Positions 1-24,626 are shown, counted from the stretch's first letter. The stretch: 64,000 bases of DNA from Eledone cirrhosa (GCA_964016885.1 OZ024743.1:101742001-101806000), one strand, 5' to 3'. The notes: generated by a model from the letters alone, not told the origin. Translations and numbers: made by a program.

Positions 1-27
1 CATTTTTTCCCATTTGGTTCTGGCAGA

Positions 28-2787
28 ATGTCGGTTGACAGCCTGCCAAACTACATCCAGGCAATGCAACCCCACATCACTAACACAAGAGAGGTAACAC
101 CACAGGAGCATGAGGATAGAGAAAAAGCCCTCAATGCCCATATGGTGATGTGGACGAATATAATGCAGCCCAACAAAAGGACTGCCAACAACTTCCAGGC
201 CTGGAACAATGACGTGCCGGCGTTGTATGGGCTTCGAAAAGACCATAAAACGGGCTGGGACCCTGTCGCGGGACCACCAACACGGCCAGTCTGTGGGGCT
301 AACATTGCTAGTAACTACAGACTGTCCTACTTCCTCTCCCTGATCATACGCCCCATCATTGAGATGTCCCATCATTGAGATGTGTGTGACAGCACGGAGG
401 ACCTCCTCAGCAGAATCGGCGCGGGTAACCGATCTGGGGACCTAACAAACTGCATAATAGGCAGTATGGATGTTGTGTCCCTGTATCCATCTATTGACGT
501 GGATTTTGCTGTGGAGAAATGCGTAGAAATGATCAGCGAGAGCAAGGTTGAGTTCCGTGTGATTGATACCAGTGAGCTGGGACTTCTACTTAAGCTTACC
601 CATAGTAATAGTTACCTAGACACTTATGACCTTAGCAACCTGTGCCCTACAAGACCAGCAAGAGGCAGACCACCTACCATTACCTCAATGGCCAAGAAAA
701 CCCACACAGATAGATGGAACGTGTGAACCAGAGCCATACGGACACCCGAAAACCACGATGAACTGAAGAAAATGATTGCACATGCGGTAGGGGCCAGCAT
801 AAAATTAACCCTTAAGGAACATATGTTCAAATTTAATGGTAAAACATATGCCCAAGAGGAAGGAGCAGCCATTGGTGTTAGCATTGCAGGCGACATAGCT
901 AACTTATTCATGGTATGGTGGGACAGTAGACTTAAACTTAAACTTAAAGAACAATTAGAAGACAGCTTAACCCTGATAATGTACTCCCGCTACGTAGATG
1001 ATATAAACATCGTAGTTAAGACACCCCCACTAAAGAACAGTCAGGAACTAGAGAAAAACACAATGGAAAGCATCCAGCAAATAGCAAACCCCATCCACCA
1101 GAGCACTAGAGTTACTATAGACTACCCAAGTAGACACCCCAACCATCGATTACCTGTACTAGACACAGAGCTCTGGTTAGATACCATTAACAACCAAAAA
1201 CAAATCCTCCATTCCCATTATGCCAAACCCATGACTTCCAAACATCTGATCCACCGAAACTCGGCCATTTCGGACCATACCAAAATCAACATACTGATTG
1301 CGGATTTGGTACGGGTGATGAGAAATGTGTCCCGCATGTGCAACCCCGAAGAACTAGAGAGACACATACAACACTTCATCCACCGTATGCAGTTCTCTGG
1401 CTACAATCAGAGAGATAGAATCAGAGTGTATAAAGGAGCCAGAACCAAATGGGAAAAAATGGTAAATAATGACATAAATGGGACCTGCCCCTTGTATAGG
1501 AGCAAATTTTGGAATAGAATAGAAAGAACTAGGAACAAGGCCAATAGAATAAACTCATGGTACGATAGCAATAAATACCAGAGTGTAATGTTCATCAATA
1601 CAACCCCTAGAGGCGAACTAGCCTACAAATTTAGAAGGGCCCTAAATAAACANNNNNNNNNNNNNNNNNNNNNNNNNNNNNNNNNNNNNNNNNNNNNNNN
1701 NNNNNNNNNNNNNNNNNNNNNNNNNNNNNNNNNNNNNNNNNNNNNNNNNNNNNNNNNNNNNNNNNNNNNNNNNNNNNNNNNNNNNNNNNNNNNNNNNNNN
1801 NNNNNNNNNNNNNNNNNNNNNNNNNNNNNNNNNNNNNNNNNNNNNNNNNNNNATACTGATTGCGGATTTGGTACGGGTGATGAGAAATGTGTCCCGCATG
1901 TGCAACCCCGAAGAACTAGAGAGACACATACAACACTTCATCCACCGTATGCAGTTCTCTGGCTACAATCAGAGAGATAGAATCAGAGTGTATAAAGGAG
2001 CCAGAACCAAATGGGAAAAAATGGTAAATAATGACATAAATGGGACCTGCCCCTTGTATAGGAGCAAATTTTGAATAGAATAGAAAGAACTAGGAACAAG
2101 GCCAATAGAATAAACTCATGGTACGATAGCAATAAATACCAGAGTGTAATGTTCATCAATACAACCCCTAGAGGCGAACTAGCCTACAAATTTAGAAGGG
2201 CCCTAAATAAACATAATCTCAATATTAAGATAGTAGAAAGACCAGGTACCTCCGTAAAAACACTTATTAGCAAGACATACCCGTTCCAAAGACCCTCATG
2301 TATAGATAAGAAATGTATAACCTGTAAAATAAGCCCCATATTAACTGTAAAACTAGAAATGTAGTGTATAGCATAAGATGTACAGAAGGACAATGTAGAA
2401 ACAAAAATATAGTGTACATAGGTGAGACAGCTCGTAGTATAGGGAAACGAATAAATGAACACTGGCGAGACCTCCAAGATAATAAAGAATCATCTGTGCT
2501 CTAGAAACAAAAATATAGTGTACATAGGTGAGACAGCTCGTAGTATAGGGAAACGAATAAATGAACACTGGCGAGACCTCCAAGATAATAAAGAATCATC
2601 TGTGCTCTACCAACATGCTAAGATAGAACACAGGGGTAGACTAGAGAACATAGAAGTAAAAATAGAATCCACACACAGAAAAGACGCAATGTTTAGGCAA
2701 ATTACAGAGGCAGTAAGCATAAAAGAATTACAACCAAAATTAAATAGAAAATATGAGTGGAACAGCAACATCACAACTTACAATTAA
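28..2787 (+). pseudogene. Disrupted PLE RT/GIY-YIG ORF
   Basis: In-frame TGA at 376-378 and 724-726 (TGG in copy 2), N gap, 1-nt deletions near 2072 and 2335, and a 106-bp tandem duplication (2396-2501 = 2502-2607). Confidence 0.9.
1653..1852. other. 200-N assembly gap with overlapping flanks
   Basis: 1853-2212 repeats 1291-1652 almost exactly. Confidence 0.9.
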
Positions 2788-3085
2788 GGACAAAATGAAA
2801 ACACACACAGGACAAAATGAAAACACACACACACATAGAACAAACAACTTACAATTCAGGACAACATGAAAACACACACAGGACAAAATGAAAACACACA
2901 CACATAGAACAAACAACCAACCAACAATAAATAAATAAATAAATAAACAAATAGATAAATGAACACAAACACACACAGACAACCGACGTGGCGCATGCGC
3001 AAACTGAGCACACAACACACACACAGAAACAAAATGGCGTAGGATAGAAGAAAGGAAAGGCACAGAAACAAAGGAAAGGATCCCC

Positions 3086-3130
3086 AGTCACTGAAGAGGT
3101 CACAGAGTGTGTGACGAAAGGACTATGACT
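3086..3130 (+). ncRNA. Type I minimal hammerhead ribozyme in PLE pLTR
   Basis: AGTCA-CTGAAGA-G-GTCACA(gagtg)TGTGAC-GAAA-G(ga)C-TA^TGACT: stem I AGUCA/UGACU, 6-bp stem II, minimal stem III, CUA triplet. Confidence 0.8.
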
Positions 3131-3352
3131 ATATATAAACAACTATCTGGTTGTGGAACCAACCAACCAACCAGAAATTTATAAGTTTGTAAATTTGTAA
3201 ATTTATAAATTTATAAATATATAATAAATTGAAGTGAAAGCAACTGGTGCGTGTGTTTCTTATTGGCAACATGACCCCCCCAAAGTATAACAATATCGGT
3301 TTCAACACACGATTTCAGATAAAGAATCTTGCTAAACAAATTCAGAAACTAA

Positions 3353-14290
<10,938 letters not shown>

Positions 14291-14933
14291 TATATGTATT
14301 TGTACAGATGTGGATACAAAAAAAGCAAGATGCAAACAAGTCTTTTCCTTGGAATTATGATGAGAGTGGTGTGATTACGTTTCCCAAAATGTAGTTTTAT
14401 TTAACTATTCATTGGAATAGTTGAATAAACTGGGTTAAGTACGTCTGGAGAGGCAAAAAGAGAGATGCGTATTTCGATACCCCACAGGCGTCTCTGTTCA
14501 CATGCTTTCCCTCTCCATAGGTATATTTTACTCGATTTTATTTAGCTGTTAGTTATAGTTATCAAGTGTCCTTTTAGTTATCTGCATTGTGGCGACTACA
14601 TTACGCGATATCTAATATTCATAGATTCATTGTACAGTATACATACGTACCTACATACATACACACGCGCGCCCTGACACACACCCATATATATATATAT
14701 ATATATATAACAATATTCGGCTTAAAAGAGAGTGAGATCAATATTTTGCCTTTGTTTTTAGTTTATTTTTCCTTTTCTTAATACATTAGCTCGATTTGAC
14801 TCTCCACATTAGCCGGAATCTTAAAGTTTTTAGGTTTCTGTATTTCTTTATTTTCTTGTTAGTTAGATTATATCTTTATTTCGCTGCATAATATTTTCTC
14901 AAATTCATAAATGCATTCATGGTGGCTGCATTC

Positions 14934-14935
<2 letters not shown>

Positions 14936-15012
<77 letters not shown>
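14936..15012. repeat. (GA)n microsatellite
   Basis: Read directly. Confidence 0.97.
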
Positions 15013-15015
<3 letters not shown>

Positions 15016-16224
15016 AGACTTTAGGAAGAAAAAAAAAGAGAGAGAATAAGAGTGAGTGAGCTATCGAGATAGTGGAATAGAGTAGGCGCTCGAGAGAGAA
15101 ATAGAAAGAGAAAGAGAGAGAATGAAAGTGGGTGAGCCGGAGAGATAGAGTAGGAGAGACACAGAGAGAAATAGAGTGAAAGATAGATTGACAGAAAGAG
15201 AGTGAAAGAATGAAATAATGATAAAATGTTTGGGATCTATTTAATAGAGAAATAAGTATCTATGTCACGATATCTAAGATGGCGTCTTATTTGTTAGAAA
15301 CACTTAGTGTTTGGTATCAAACAATTCAAATTATATGTATTTAAAAAAGAAATGTCCTTTCTGAGTTCAAACCCTTGGCTCTCTTTCTTTCTATGGTGTG
15401 AATTTTTTTGTTGCTGTTTCATTTTACCTTTAAATATGTATGTATGGAACTCATAACACCAGGGGGAGTTAGTGTAAGGACACTGTATGTCTGAACGAAG
15501 CTGATTTCTTCAGGAAGAGAGAGAGAGAGAGAGAGAGAATCGACTCCAGTACTGGACTGCTACTTATATTATCGATCTCTAAAGATGAAAGGAAAATATG
15601 ATCTCAGCGGGTTTTGAACTTAGAGCGCAGAGTGCAGGAACGAATGCTACACAGTTTTATATCCGACATCTTAACGCTACGTTTTACTATAAAACCTATA
15701 CAATACAACATATAAGGTAAAGCAAGTGAAACATTACTGACGCGTCAAATCTGCACCCTCAGAAAATTATGAAAGTTACAAAATATTTTTGTCATCTCGA
15801 CAAGTGTATACCTTTTGTAGATAGTTAAAAGACATCTACATAAAAAACTGTACGAGTTCGTTTATAACTAAAGCTGTATTTAACAGAATATTCGTTTTAG
15901 AATTGTCTGATTTACGGGACATTTTAAATAGTATTTTGACTTCAATTCCTGTCAGTTTGGTGGTTATAGCAGTGAATAATCAGATTATGCTATGTAAATG
16001 ATGTGACGGTTGAGATGTTGAGAATAGAATTTTAGCTTCTTTTATGTAACAATTGAAGCAATGTTTGGCCTATAGGAATCATATACCTTACAATGTTATT
16101 CGTAAATGCATACTATAAAAAAAGGTTGATAATTACAGAGTAATTTATAATTAAAGTGTAAGAAATCTTGGTGGTGAGTCTGTTGAAATTTTCAGACCTA
16201 GTTGTTATAGCTCCTTCGTTTATT

Positions 16225-16490
16225 TCCCCTAAGCCTGAAGGCTTATCAGGTCGGTGCATAACCCGGCGTCAAGCAAGCGACTGAGAGTACATGACTCCCT
16301 CATGGACCGGACGGCCGCCCATCATAAGATTAACCTCCAGCTACTGTTGGTACCCATTTTCAGCTAAGTATACTGGAACAACATAAATGAATGTTTTGTT
16401 CAAGAACACAATACACTACCATGTCGAATAATCGAACCCCTGCATTAGGATCGTACGTTAAACACCATAACTACTAGGCCATGCGCCTTC
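16225..16490 (-). mobile_element. tRNA-derived CORE-like SINE
   Basis: The minus strand reads AGGCGCATGGCCTAGTAGTT..GGTTCGATT (A/B boxes), then TGTGTTCTTGAACAAAAC..CTGAAAATGGGTACC, which resembles the CORE domain. Confidence 0.6.
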
Positions 16491-16864
16491 TACTTATGTA
16501 CTTGAAATTAATCTCTTAAATTATATCAACCCCACAGGTCACATTTTATCAACGTTTGAATCTCACAGAGCAAATCACCCTTTCTCTATGTCAATGACAA
16601 AAATAGTTAACCAACGCACACCATTTGTCTCAGTGTGAAAGAAATTATATTTAACATTTTTTTTATCATCAAAGAAATAGAAATAGTTGTGAAGTGGTTC
16701 TTAATTCGTGAAGAGGTTTATAAATTACTTCATTGCATAAATATCTTGCTAAAAAGATTCATCAGCAAGCAAAAAGATCATTAATGCATTTTACATTAAA
16801 AGAAAAAAACACCATAAGATCTTTGGGAAAGTGGGTCTGAGTACTTTGCTTCAGTGATCCACTC

Positions 16865-17010
16865 GAGCAGAAGAAGAAGAAGAAGAAGAAGAAGTCCAAC
16901 AGAGCTTATGGTTGTTATCCAACCATCTTGCTCGTGGACTATCTCTGGGTCTTTTGCCAGTTGCTTTGCCCGTAAAATCTGTATGAATAAAACGCATTGA
17001 ATGGTAGTAA
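16865..17010 (-). mobile_element. Possible 3' end of an RTE-type LINE with (TTC)n tail
   Basis: The minus strand translates to GKATGKRPRDSPRARWLDN (G.R.RG.P..RW.D-like), followed by a trinucleotide tail. Confidence 0.4.
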
Positions 17011-17269
17011 ATTAAATATAAAATATGAAAATTTTATGGCAAACAGCCAATATGAAGCCTGAGGCTGTTTGTTGCTCGATAATTCTTAATGTTGGGTGTC
17101 ATTTATTTTAATGGCTATCGCAAGACATTATTCAAATGGAAATCGGTCAATTTTGTACTGACATAGTTCTTGTTGGGCTGAATTTTAAAAAATAATTCAT
17201 CACATATATAAGTACTGCCAAACAATCACGCCATCTATTTTGCATATAAATAAGTTAAGGTACTTTCCA

Positions 17270-17830
17270 CTGTATGGCTGAACGGTTAAGTAGTTCTCTT
17301 TGCGTCCTAAGTTTCCAGTTTTAATCACACTGTGTGGCATCTGAAGCATATGTTATTTACCATAGCCTCGGATCGACCTATGCCTTGTGAATAAAATTGT
17401 ATTTTCAGAAACCGTTTGGAAGCTCGTCGGATGACCTGTATATGTTACTTAAAGGGTCAGCAATGTCACACACTGCTTCACAATCAATCCTCTTGAGAAT
17501 TACATTAAGTGTATACATACATGTCTGTGGAAAGCCGAGATACTTGCAAGTTAATTATAAGAGTAGGCAGTTCCATTGACCGAAAAACTGGAACACTCAT
17601 CGTCGAAACTGACGATGGGTCCATTTCTTCTATTGAGCTGTATATTGGCTTCCATTGGTTTTCTTTGATTCTTTGATGTTACTTCAAAACATGTTTCCTT
17701 AATAATTTTCCTTTGAAGTGGATTAAGTTTTGGAATGCTCAGTCACTTACCCGTTAACGACATGAGTGGGCTGTTTCATTGATCGAACAACTGGAACACT
17801 CGTCCTCGAAATCGATGGAAGTCTGTTCCA
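17270..17830 (+). mobile_element. Second SINE-like family, degenerate (related pieces at about 37090-37400, 40455-40760, 48065-48345, 48985-49110, 52540-52930, 57615-57680)
   Basis: Recurring block GAATTAC..AAGxGTACAC..GTCTGTGGAATxCTCAGCCAC..GTTAATT..GTTCCxTTGATCGAACAACTGGAACACTCGTCGTC; degenerate tRNA-like head. Confidence 0.6.
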
Positions 17831-18312
17831 TTCTACTTTTTATTGGAATGAATTAATTTTCTGACACATCTCCAAAAAGAATTTTGATATCAAAGTCATC
17901 ACACTGAATTTGATAATTTTTGGAACCAGTGTCTACTTCTACATGAAATAAAGTAGCAAACAGTTTGAACTTATGAAACCCTGAAAAACACGATCGAAAT
18001 GATATTTATTACGTTCGTAGACCATATTCTTAAAATACTTGAATCCTGTAACTACTAAACTGTGCAGAATTTACCGTTTCTCTCCGCAGTACTTTCGTTA
18101 TTTTTTCTCTTTATTTTTGTTATTTCTGAACACTATATAATTTAATTGAAATTTGTTGAATAAAGATTTATAAAAGTGGAGCAATAAGTGCGATTTCCAT
18201 TTGGAAGCCGGCACTCCCCAAGACTACTGCTTTCTTTCAAACGCCACAATTTCGTTATATATTTCACGAACGAGCTGATTTTTCTTCAAAGCTGTAAATG
18301 TAAGTTATTTAA

Positions 18313-19738
18313 ATAATTGTTTCTTCTTTTGGCACAAGGCCAGCAATTACCCTAGTACATTACTGGAGCTTTATTTTAGCGACCCCCGTAAGGATGAAAG
18401 GCAAAGTTAACCCCGGCGGGATTTGAACTCATAACGCAAAGGGCCATAACTCTATGCCACAAAACATGGTGTCTGACGCTTACCTATACAGCCAAGTTAT
18501 TTAAATAATTGTTTCTACTTTAGGCACAAGGCCATCAATTACCCAGTGCATTACTGGTACTTTATTTTATCGACCCCGTAAGGATGAAAGGCAAAGTCAA
18601 CCTCGGAGGGATTTGAACTCAGATCGTAAAGGGACGTAACTATGCTGGAAAGCATGGTGTCTATGCAGCTATGCGATGTTGCTTTTTTTCGCCCCACCAT
18701 TTTCAAAAAGGCCTCAAAATATCTGCCTAAGAAACCATAAAAAACTCTTCACAACATTTGAAAATACTCTATTTGATCAATACCAGAAGGACGAAAGGCA
18801 AAGTTGGCCTCAACAGAATTCGAACTCAGAACGTAAAGACTCGTAACAAATATCGCAAGCTTTTTTACGTTGATCTAACGATTCTGCCAACCCAACGAAG
18901 TAATAACAGTTTAGGCACAAGGGAAACAATGTTTTGGGGAAGAAGAAAATTAGTTATACCAAACCGAGTACTTAACTGGTACATTATTTTATCGACCCCG
19001 GAAGGATGAAAAGCAAAGTTGACCTCGTGGGGAACTGAACTCAGAACGTAGAAAGTCGTTATTAAGTACCACTAAACCTTTTGTCCGACGTTCTAACGAT
19101 GCTGGCAATCTACCACCGTATCATCAGAAATAATTGTTTCTACTTTAGGCACAAAGCCAGCAATTTAAAGGGGAGAGGAAAGTCTATTAAATCGACCCCC
19201 AGTGCGTGACTGGGTACTTTATTTTATCGACCTCAGTAAGGATGAAATGCAAAGTTAACCTCAGCGAGATTTGAACTAAGACAGTAAAGGACTGTAACTC
19301 TATGTTGCAAATCATATTGTCCGACGCTCTACCGATACTGCCAATCGTCCCCCATAATAATTGTTTCTACTTTAGGCACAAGGCCAGCAATTACCCAGTG
19401 CATTACTGGTACATTATTTTATCGACCCTGTAAGGATGAAAGGCAAAGTCAACCTCGGCAGGATTTGAACTCAGATCGTAAAGGGACCTAACTATCCTGG
19501 AAAGCATGTTGTCCGACCCTCTACCGATACTGCCAATCCACCCCCATAATAATAATGGTTTTTATATAGACACAAGGCCAGCAATTTGAGGGAGGGGGAA
19601 ATCGATTAAATCGATCCCAGTGCGTGACTGGTACTTTATTTTATCAACCCCGTAAGGATGAAAGGCAAAGTTAACCTCGGCGGGACTGAACTCTGAACGC
19701 AAAGGGCCGTAAATCTATGCCACGAAGCATGACGTCCG
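18313..19738 (-). mobile_element. Head-to-tail array of about 7 tRNA-derived SINEs (Meta-domain-like core)
   Basis: Repeated TTGTTTCTACTTTAGGCACAAGGCCAGCAATT..TTTTATCGACCCCGTAAGGATGAAAGGCAAAGTTAACCTCGGCGGGATTTGAACTC; A box TGGCAGTATCGG and B box GAGTTCAAATCC on the minus strand. Confidence 0.88.
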
Positions 19739-21804
19739 AATAGGCAGTATGGATGTTGTGTCCCTGTATCCATCTATTGACGTGGATTTTGCTGTGAAGA
19801 AATGCGTAGAAATGATCAGCGAGAGCAAGGTTGAGTTCCGTGGGATTGATACCAGTGAGCTGGGACTTCTACTTAAGCTTACCCATAGTAATAGTTACCT
19901 AGACACATATGACCTTAGCAACCTGTGCCCTACAAGACCAGCAAGAGGCAGACCACCTACCATTACCTCAATGGCCAAGAAAACCCACACAGATAGATGG
20001 AACGGGTGGACCAGAGCCATACGGACACCCGAAAACCACGATGAACTGAAGAAAATGATTGCACATGCGGTAGGGGCCAGCATAAAATTAACCCTTAAGG
20101 AACATATGTTCAAATTTAATGGTAAAACATATGCCCAAGAGGAAGGAGCAGCCATTGGTGTTAGCATTGCAGGCGACATAGCTAACTTATTCATGGTATG
20201 GTGGGACAGTAGACTTAAACTTAAACTTAAAGAACAATTAGAAGACAGCTTAACCCTGATAATGTACTCCCGCTACGTAGATGATATAAACATCGTAGTT
20301 AAGACACCCCCACTAGAGAACAGTCAGGAACTAGAGAAAAACACATTGGAAAGCATCCAGCAAATAGCAAACTCCATCCACCAGAGCATTAGAGTTACTA
20401 TAGACACCCCAACCATCGATTACCTGTACTAGACACAGAGCTCTGGTTATTTACCATTAACAACCAAAAACAAATCCTCCATTCCCATTATGCCAAACCC
20501 ATGATCTCCAAACATCTGATCCACCGAAATTCGGCCATTTCGGACCATACCAAAATCAACATACTGATTGCTGATTTGGTACGGGTGATGAGAAATGTGT
20601 CCCGCATGTGCAACCCCTAAGAACTAGAGAGAGACACACAACACTTCATCCACCGTATGCAGTTCTCTGGCTACAATCAGAGAGATAGAATCAGAGTGTA
20701 TAGAAGAGCCAGAACCAAATGGGAAAAAATGGTAAATAATGACATAAATGGGACCTGCCCCTTGTATAGGAGCAAATTTTGGAATAGAATAGAAAGAACT
20801 AGGAACAAGGCCAATAGAATAAACTCATGGTATGATAGCAATAAATACCAGAGTGTAATGTTCATCGATACAACCCCTAGAGGCGAACTAGCCTACAAAT
20901 TTAGAAGGGCCCTAAATAAACATAAACTCAATATTAAGATAGTAGAAAGACCAGGTACCTCCGTAAAAACACTTATTAGCAAGACATACCCGTTCCAAAG
21001 ACCCTCATGTATAGATAAGAAATTTATAACCTGTAAAATAAGCCCCCATATTAACTGTAAAACTAGAAATGTAGTGTATAGCATAAGATGTACTGAAGGA
21101 CAATGTAGAAACAAAAATATAGTGTACATAGGTGAGACAGCTCGTAGTATAGGGGAACGAATAAATGAACACTGGCGAGACCTTCAAGATAATAAAGAAT
21201 CATCTGTACTCTACCAACATGCTAAGATAGAACACAAGGGTAAATTAGAGAACATAGAAATAAAAATAGAATTTACACACAGAAAAGATGCAATGTTTAG
21301 ACAAATTACAGAGGCAATAAACATAAAAGAATTACAACCAAAATTAAATAGAAAATATGAGTGGAACAGCAACATCACAACTTACAATTAAGGACAAAAT
21401 GAAAACACACACACACACATAGAACAAACAACCAACCAATAACATGTAAATAAATAAACAAATAGATAAATGAACACAAACACACACAGACACCCGGATG
21501 TGGCGCATGCGCAAACTGAGCACACAACACACACACAGAAACAAAATGGCGTAGGACAGAAGAAAGGAAAGGCACAGAAACAAAGAAAGGAATCCCCAGT
21601 CACTGAAGAGGTCACAGAGTGTGTGACGAAAGGACTATGACTATATATAAACAACTATCTGGTTGTGGAACCAACCAACCAAGAAGAAATTTATAAATTT
21701 GTAGATTTGTAAATTTATAAATTTATAAATATATAATAAATTGAAGTGAAAGCAACTGGTGCGTGTGTTTCTTATTGGCAACATGACCCTCCCAAAGTAT
21801 AACA
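19739..21804 (+). mobile_element. PLE copy 2: 5'-truncated, same family as copy 1, joined to a truncated SINE
   Basis: Closely matches copy 1 from 456 onward, without copy 1's duplications. It has a 13-nt deletion near 20405 between TAGAC repeats and a TAA stop at 20618; the GIY-YIG frame is open at 20657-21391. Confidence 0.93.
21598..21642 (+). ncRNA. Type I hammerhead ribozyme in PLE copy 2 pLTR
   Basis: Identical to 3086-3130. Confidence 0.8.
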
Positions 21805-21836
21805 TTATATATATATATATAATATTATATATATAT

Positions 21837-21949
21837 AAGTTGAAATAAAATGAAAACTAAATTTCATTTCTCACTCCTAGTACGGCACTTACTTAAATGT
21901 AAGTATGTATGTATACGTACATACATATGTATACAGACGTACAGTAGCA

Positions 21950-22023
<74 letters not shown>

Positions 22024-22451
22024 CAAGTACACATACATATATGCACTTATCAGTTCAGCGGACGCTTATTATAACGCCGCTTTGTTCGTTTGTAAACAAA
22101 CTGAACAGCCTGAATTTTTGCCATACGGTGTTAAGGCAACCACGTCAACTTTTGTTCAACACTGACACAGGAACGATGTACTAGTTTAAAGCTTGTTAAC
22201 TATCATCAGCACCATATACCCTTCTGCCAGATAGTTGAACGTTCGAAAGTATATACTTTCCTTATGAAAATTAACGGCTGAGCAGCCTAATTTGCATATC
22301 GAGTGAGTTAAATTGGTCACGCATACCGAAAACGACAAGTTGAAATAAAATGAAAACGAAATTTCATTTCTCACTCTTAGTACGGCACTTACTTAAATGT
22401 AAGTATGTATGTATACGTACATACATATATGTATACAGACGTACAGTAGCA

Positions 22452-22517
<66 letters not shown>

Positions 22518-22701
22518 CATACAGGTACACATACATATATGCACGTATCAGTTCAGCGGACGCTTATTATAACGCCGCTTTGTTCGTTTGTAAACAAACT
22601 GAACAGCCTGAATTTTTGCCATACGGTGTTAAGGCAACCACGTCACCTTTTTGTTCAACACTGACACAGGAACGATGTACTAGTTTCAAGCTTGTTAGCT
22701 A
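21837..22701 (-). mobile_element. Retrozyme-like partial tandem repeat (500-bp period including a TA tract, about 1.7 copies)
   Basis: 21837 onward repeats at 22337 onward; each unit carries a minus-strand HHR or part of one; flanked by (TA)n. Confidence 0.65.
22173..22215 (-). ncRNA. Type I hammerhead, core GAAA mutated to TAAA; the copy at 22672-22701 keeps GAAA but lacks CUGAUGA
   Basis: Consensus of the two copies: ATGGTG-CTGATGA-T-AGCT(aaca)AGCT-T-GAAA-C(ta)G-TA^CATCGT; palindromic stem III ACUAGU, GUA triplet. Confidence 0.7.
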
Positions 22702-22915
22702 TTATATATATATATATATATAATATTATATATATATATATATAATATTATATATATATATATATATATATAATATTATATATATATATATATATATATA
22801 ATATTATATATATATATATATATATATAATATTATATATATATATATATAATATTATATATATATATATATATATATAATATTATATATATATATATATA
22901 TAATATTATATATAT

Positions 22916-22984
<69 letters not shown>

Positions 22985-23117
22985 TATATATATATATATA
23001 TAATATTATATATATATATATATATATAATATTATATATATATATATATATAATATTAATATATATATATATATATAATATTAATATATATATATATATA
23101 TAATATTATATATATAT

Positions 23118-23149
<32 letters not shown>

Positions 23150-23749
23150 ATATTATATATATATATATATATAATATTATATATATATATATATATAATA
23201 TTATATATATATATATAATATTATATATATATATATATAATATTATATATATATATATATATAATATTATATATATATATATATATAATATTATATATAT
23301 ATATATATATAATATTATATATATATATATATATAATATTATATATATATATATATATAATATTATACATATATATATATATAATATTATATATATATAT
23401 ATATATAATATTATATATATATATATATATATAATATTATATATATATATATATATAATATTATATATATAATATTATATATATAATATTATATATATAT
23501 ATATATATATATAATATTATATATATATATATATAATATTATATATATAATATTATATATATATATATATATAATATATATATATATATAATATTATATA
23601 TATATATATATATTATATTATATATATATATATATAATATTATATATATAATATTATATATATATATATATATAATATATATATATATATAATATTATAT
23701 ATATATATATATATTATATTATATATATATATATATAATATTATATATA

Positions 23750-23791
<42 letters not shown>

Positions 23792-23797
23792 TATATA

Positions 23798-23843
<46 letters not shown>

Positions 23844-23849
23844 TATATA

Positions 23850-23890
<41 letters not shown>

Positions 23891-23942
23891 ATATTATATA
23901 TATAATATTATATATATATATATATATATAATATTATATATA

Positions 23943-23990
<48 letters not shown>

Positions 23991-24006
23991 ATTATATATA
24001 TAATAT

Positions 24007-24079
<73 letters not shown>

Positions 24080-24121
24080 TATATATAATATTATATATAT
24101 ATATATATAATATTATATATA

Positions 24122-24239
<118 letters not shown>

Positions 24240-24253
24240 TATATATATATATA

Positions 24254-24299
<46 letters not shown>

Positions 24300-24570
24300 T
24301 ATATATATATATAATATTATATATATAATATTATATATATATATATATATATAATATTATATATATATATTATATATATATATATATAATATTATATATA
24401 TATATTATATATATATATATATAATATTATATATATATATATATAATATTATATATATATATTATATATATATATATATAATATTATATATATATATATA
24501 TATAATATTATATATATATATATATAATATTATATATATATATATAATATTATATATATATATTATATAT

Positions 24571-24602
<32 letters not shown>

Positions 24603-24626
24603 ATATTATATATATATATTATATAT

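Larger units (their letters stand above)
1..3352 (+). mobile_element. Penelope-like retroelement copy 1 (probably Naiad clade): RT, Cys linker, GIY-YIG endonuclease, 3' pLTR with hammerhead; 5' end outside the window
   Basis: Translated pieces contain LYGLRKDHK..GPPTRPVCGA, motif A GSMDVVSLYPSID, B' QEEGAAIG..IANLFMVWWD, C YSRYVDD, LPVLDT, linker CIDKKCITC and GIY-YIG NVVYSIRC..C..YIGETARS. The long A-to-B' insertion (CPTRPARGRPPTITS) suggests Naiad (from recall, not aligned). The element ends in (TA)n. Confidence 0.92.

Noticed and set aside
376-726. In-frame TGA codons as selenocysteine (known in some Naiad PLEs)
   Set aside because: TGA 724 is TGG in copy 2, TGA 376 lies in a local duplication, and the linker and GIY-YIG cysteines are ordinary TGT codons; no SECIS was recognised.
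1853-2212. Apparent internal tandem duplication of the PLE thumb region
   Set aside because: It flanks a round 200-N gap and is absent from copy 2, so it is most likely unmerged contig overlap.
18313-19738. Regular repeats resembling a CRISPR array or tRNA gene cluster
   Set aside because: Eukaryotic context; the units are SINEs of about 190 bp with no unique spacers and no full cloverleaf.
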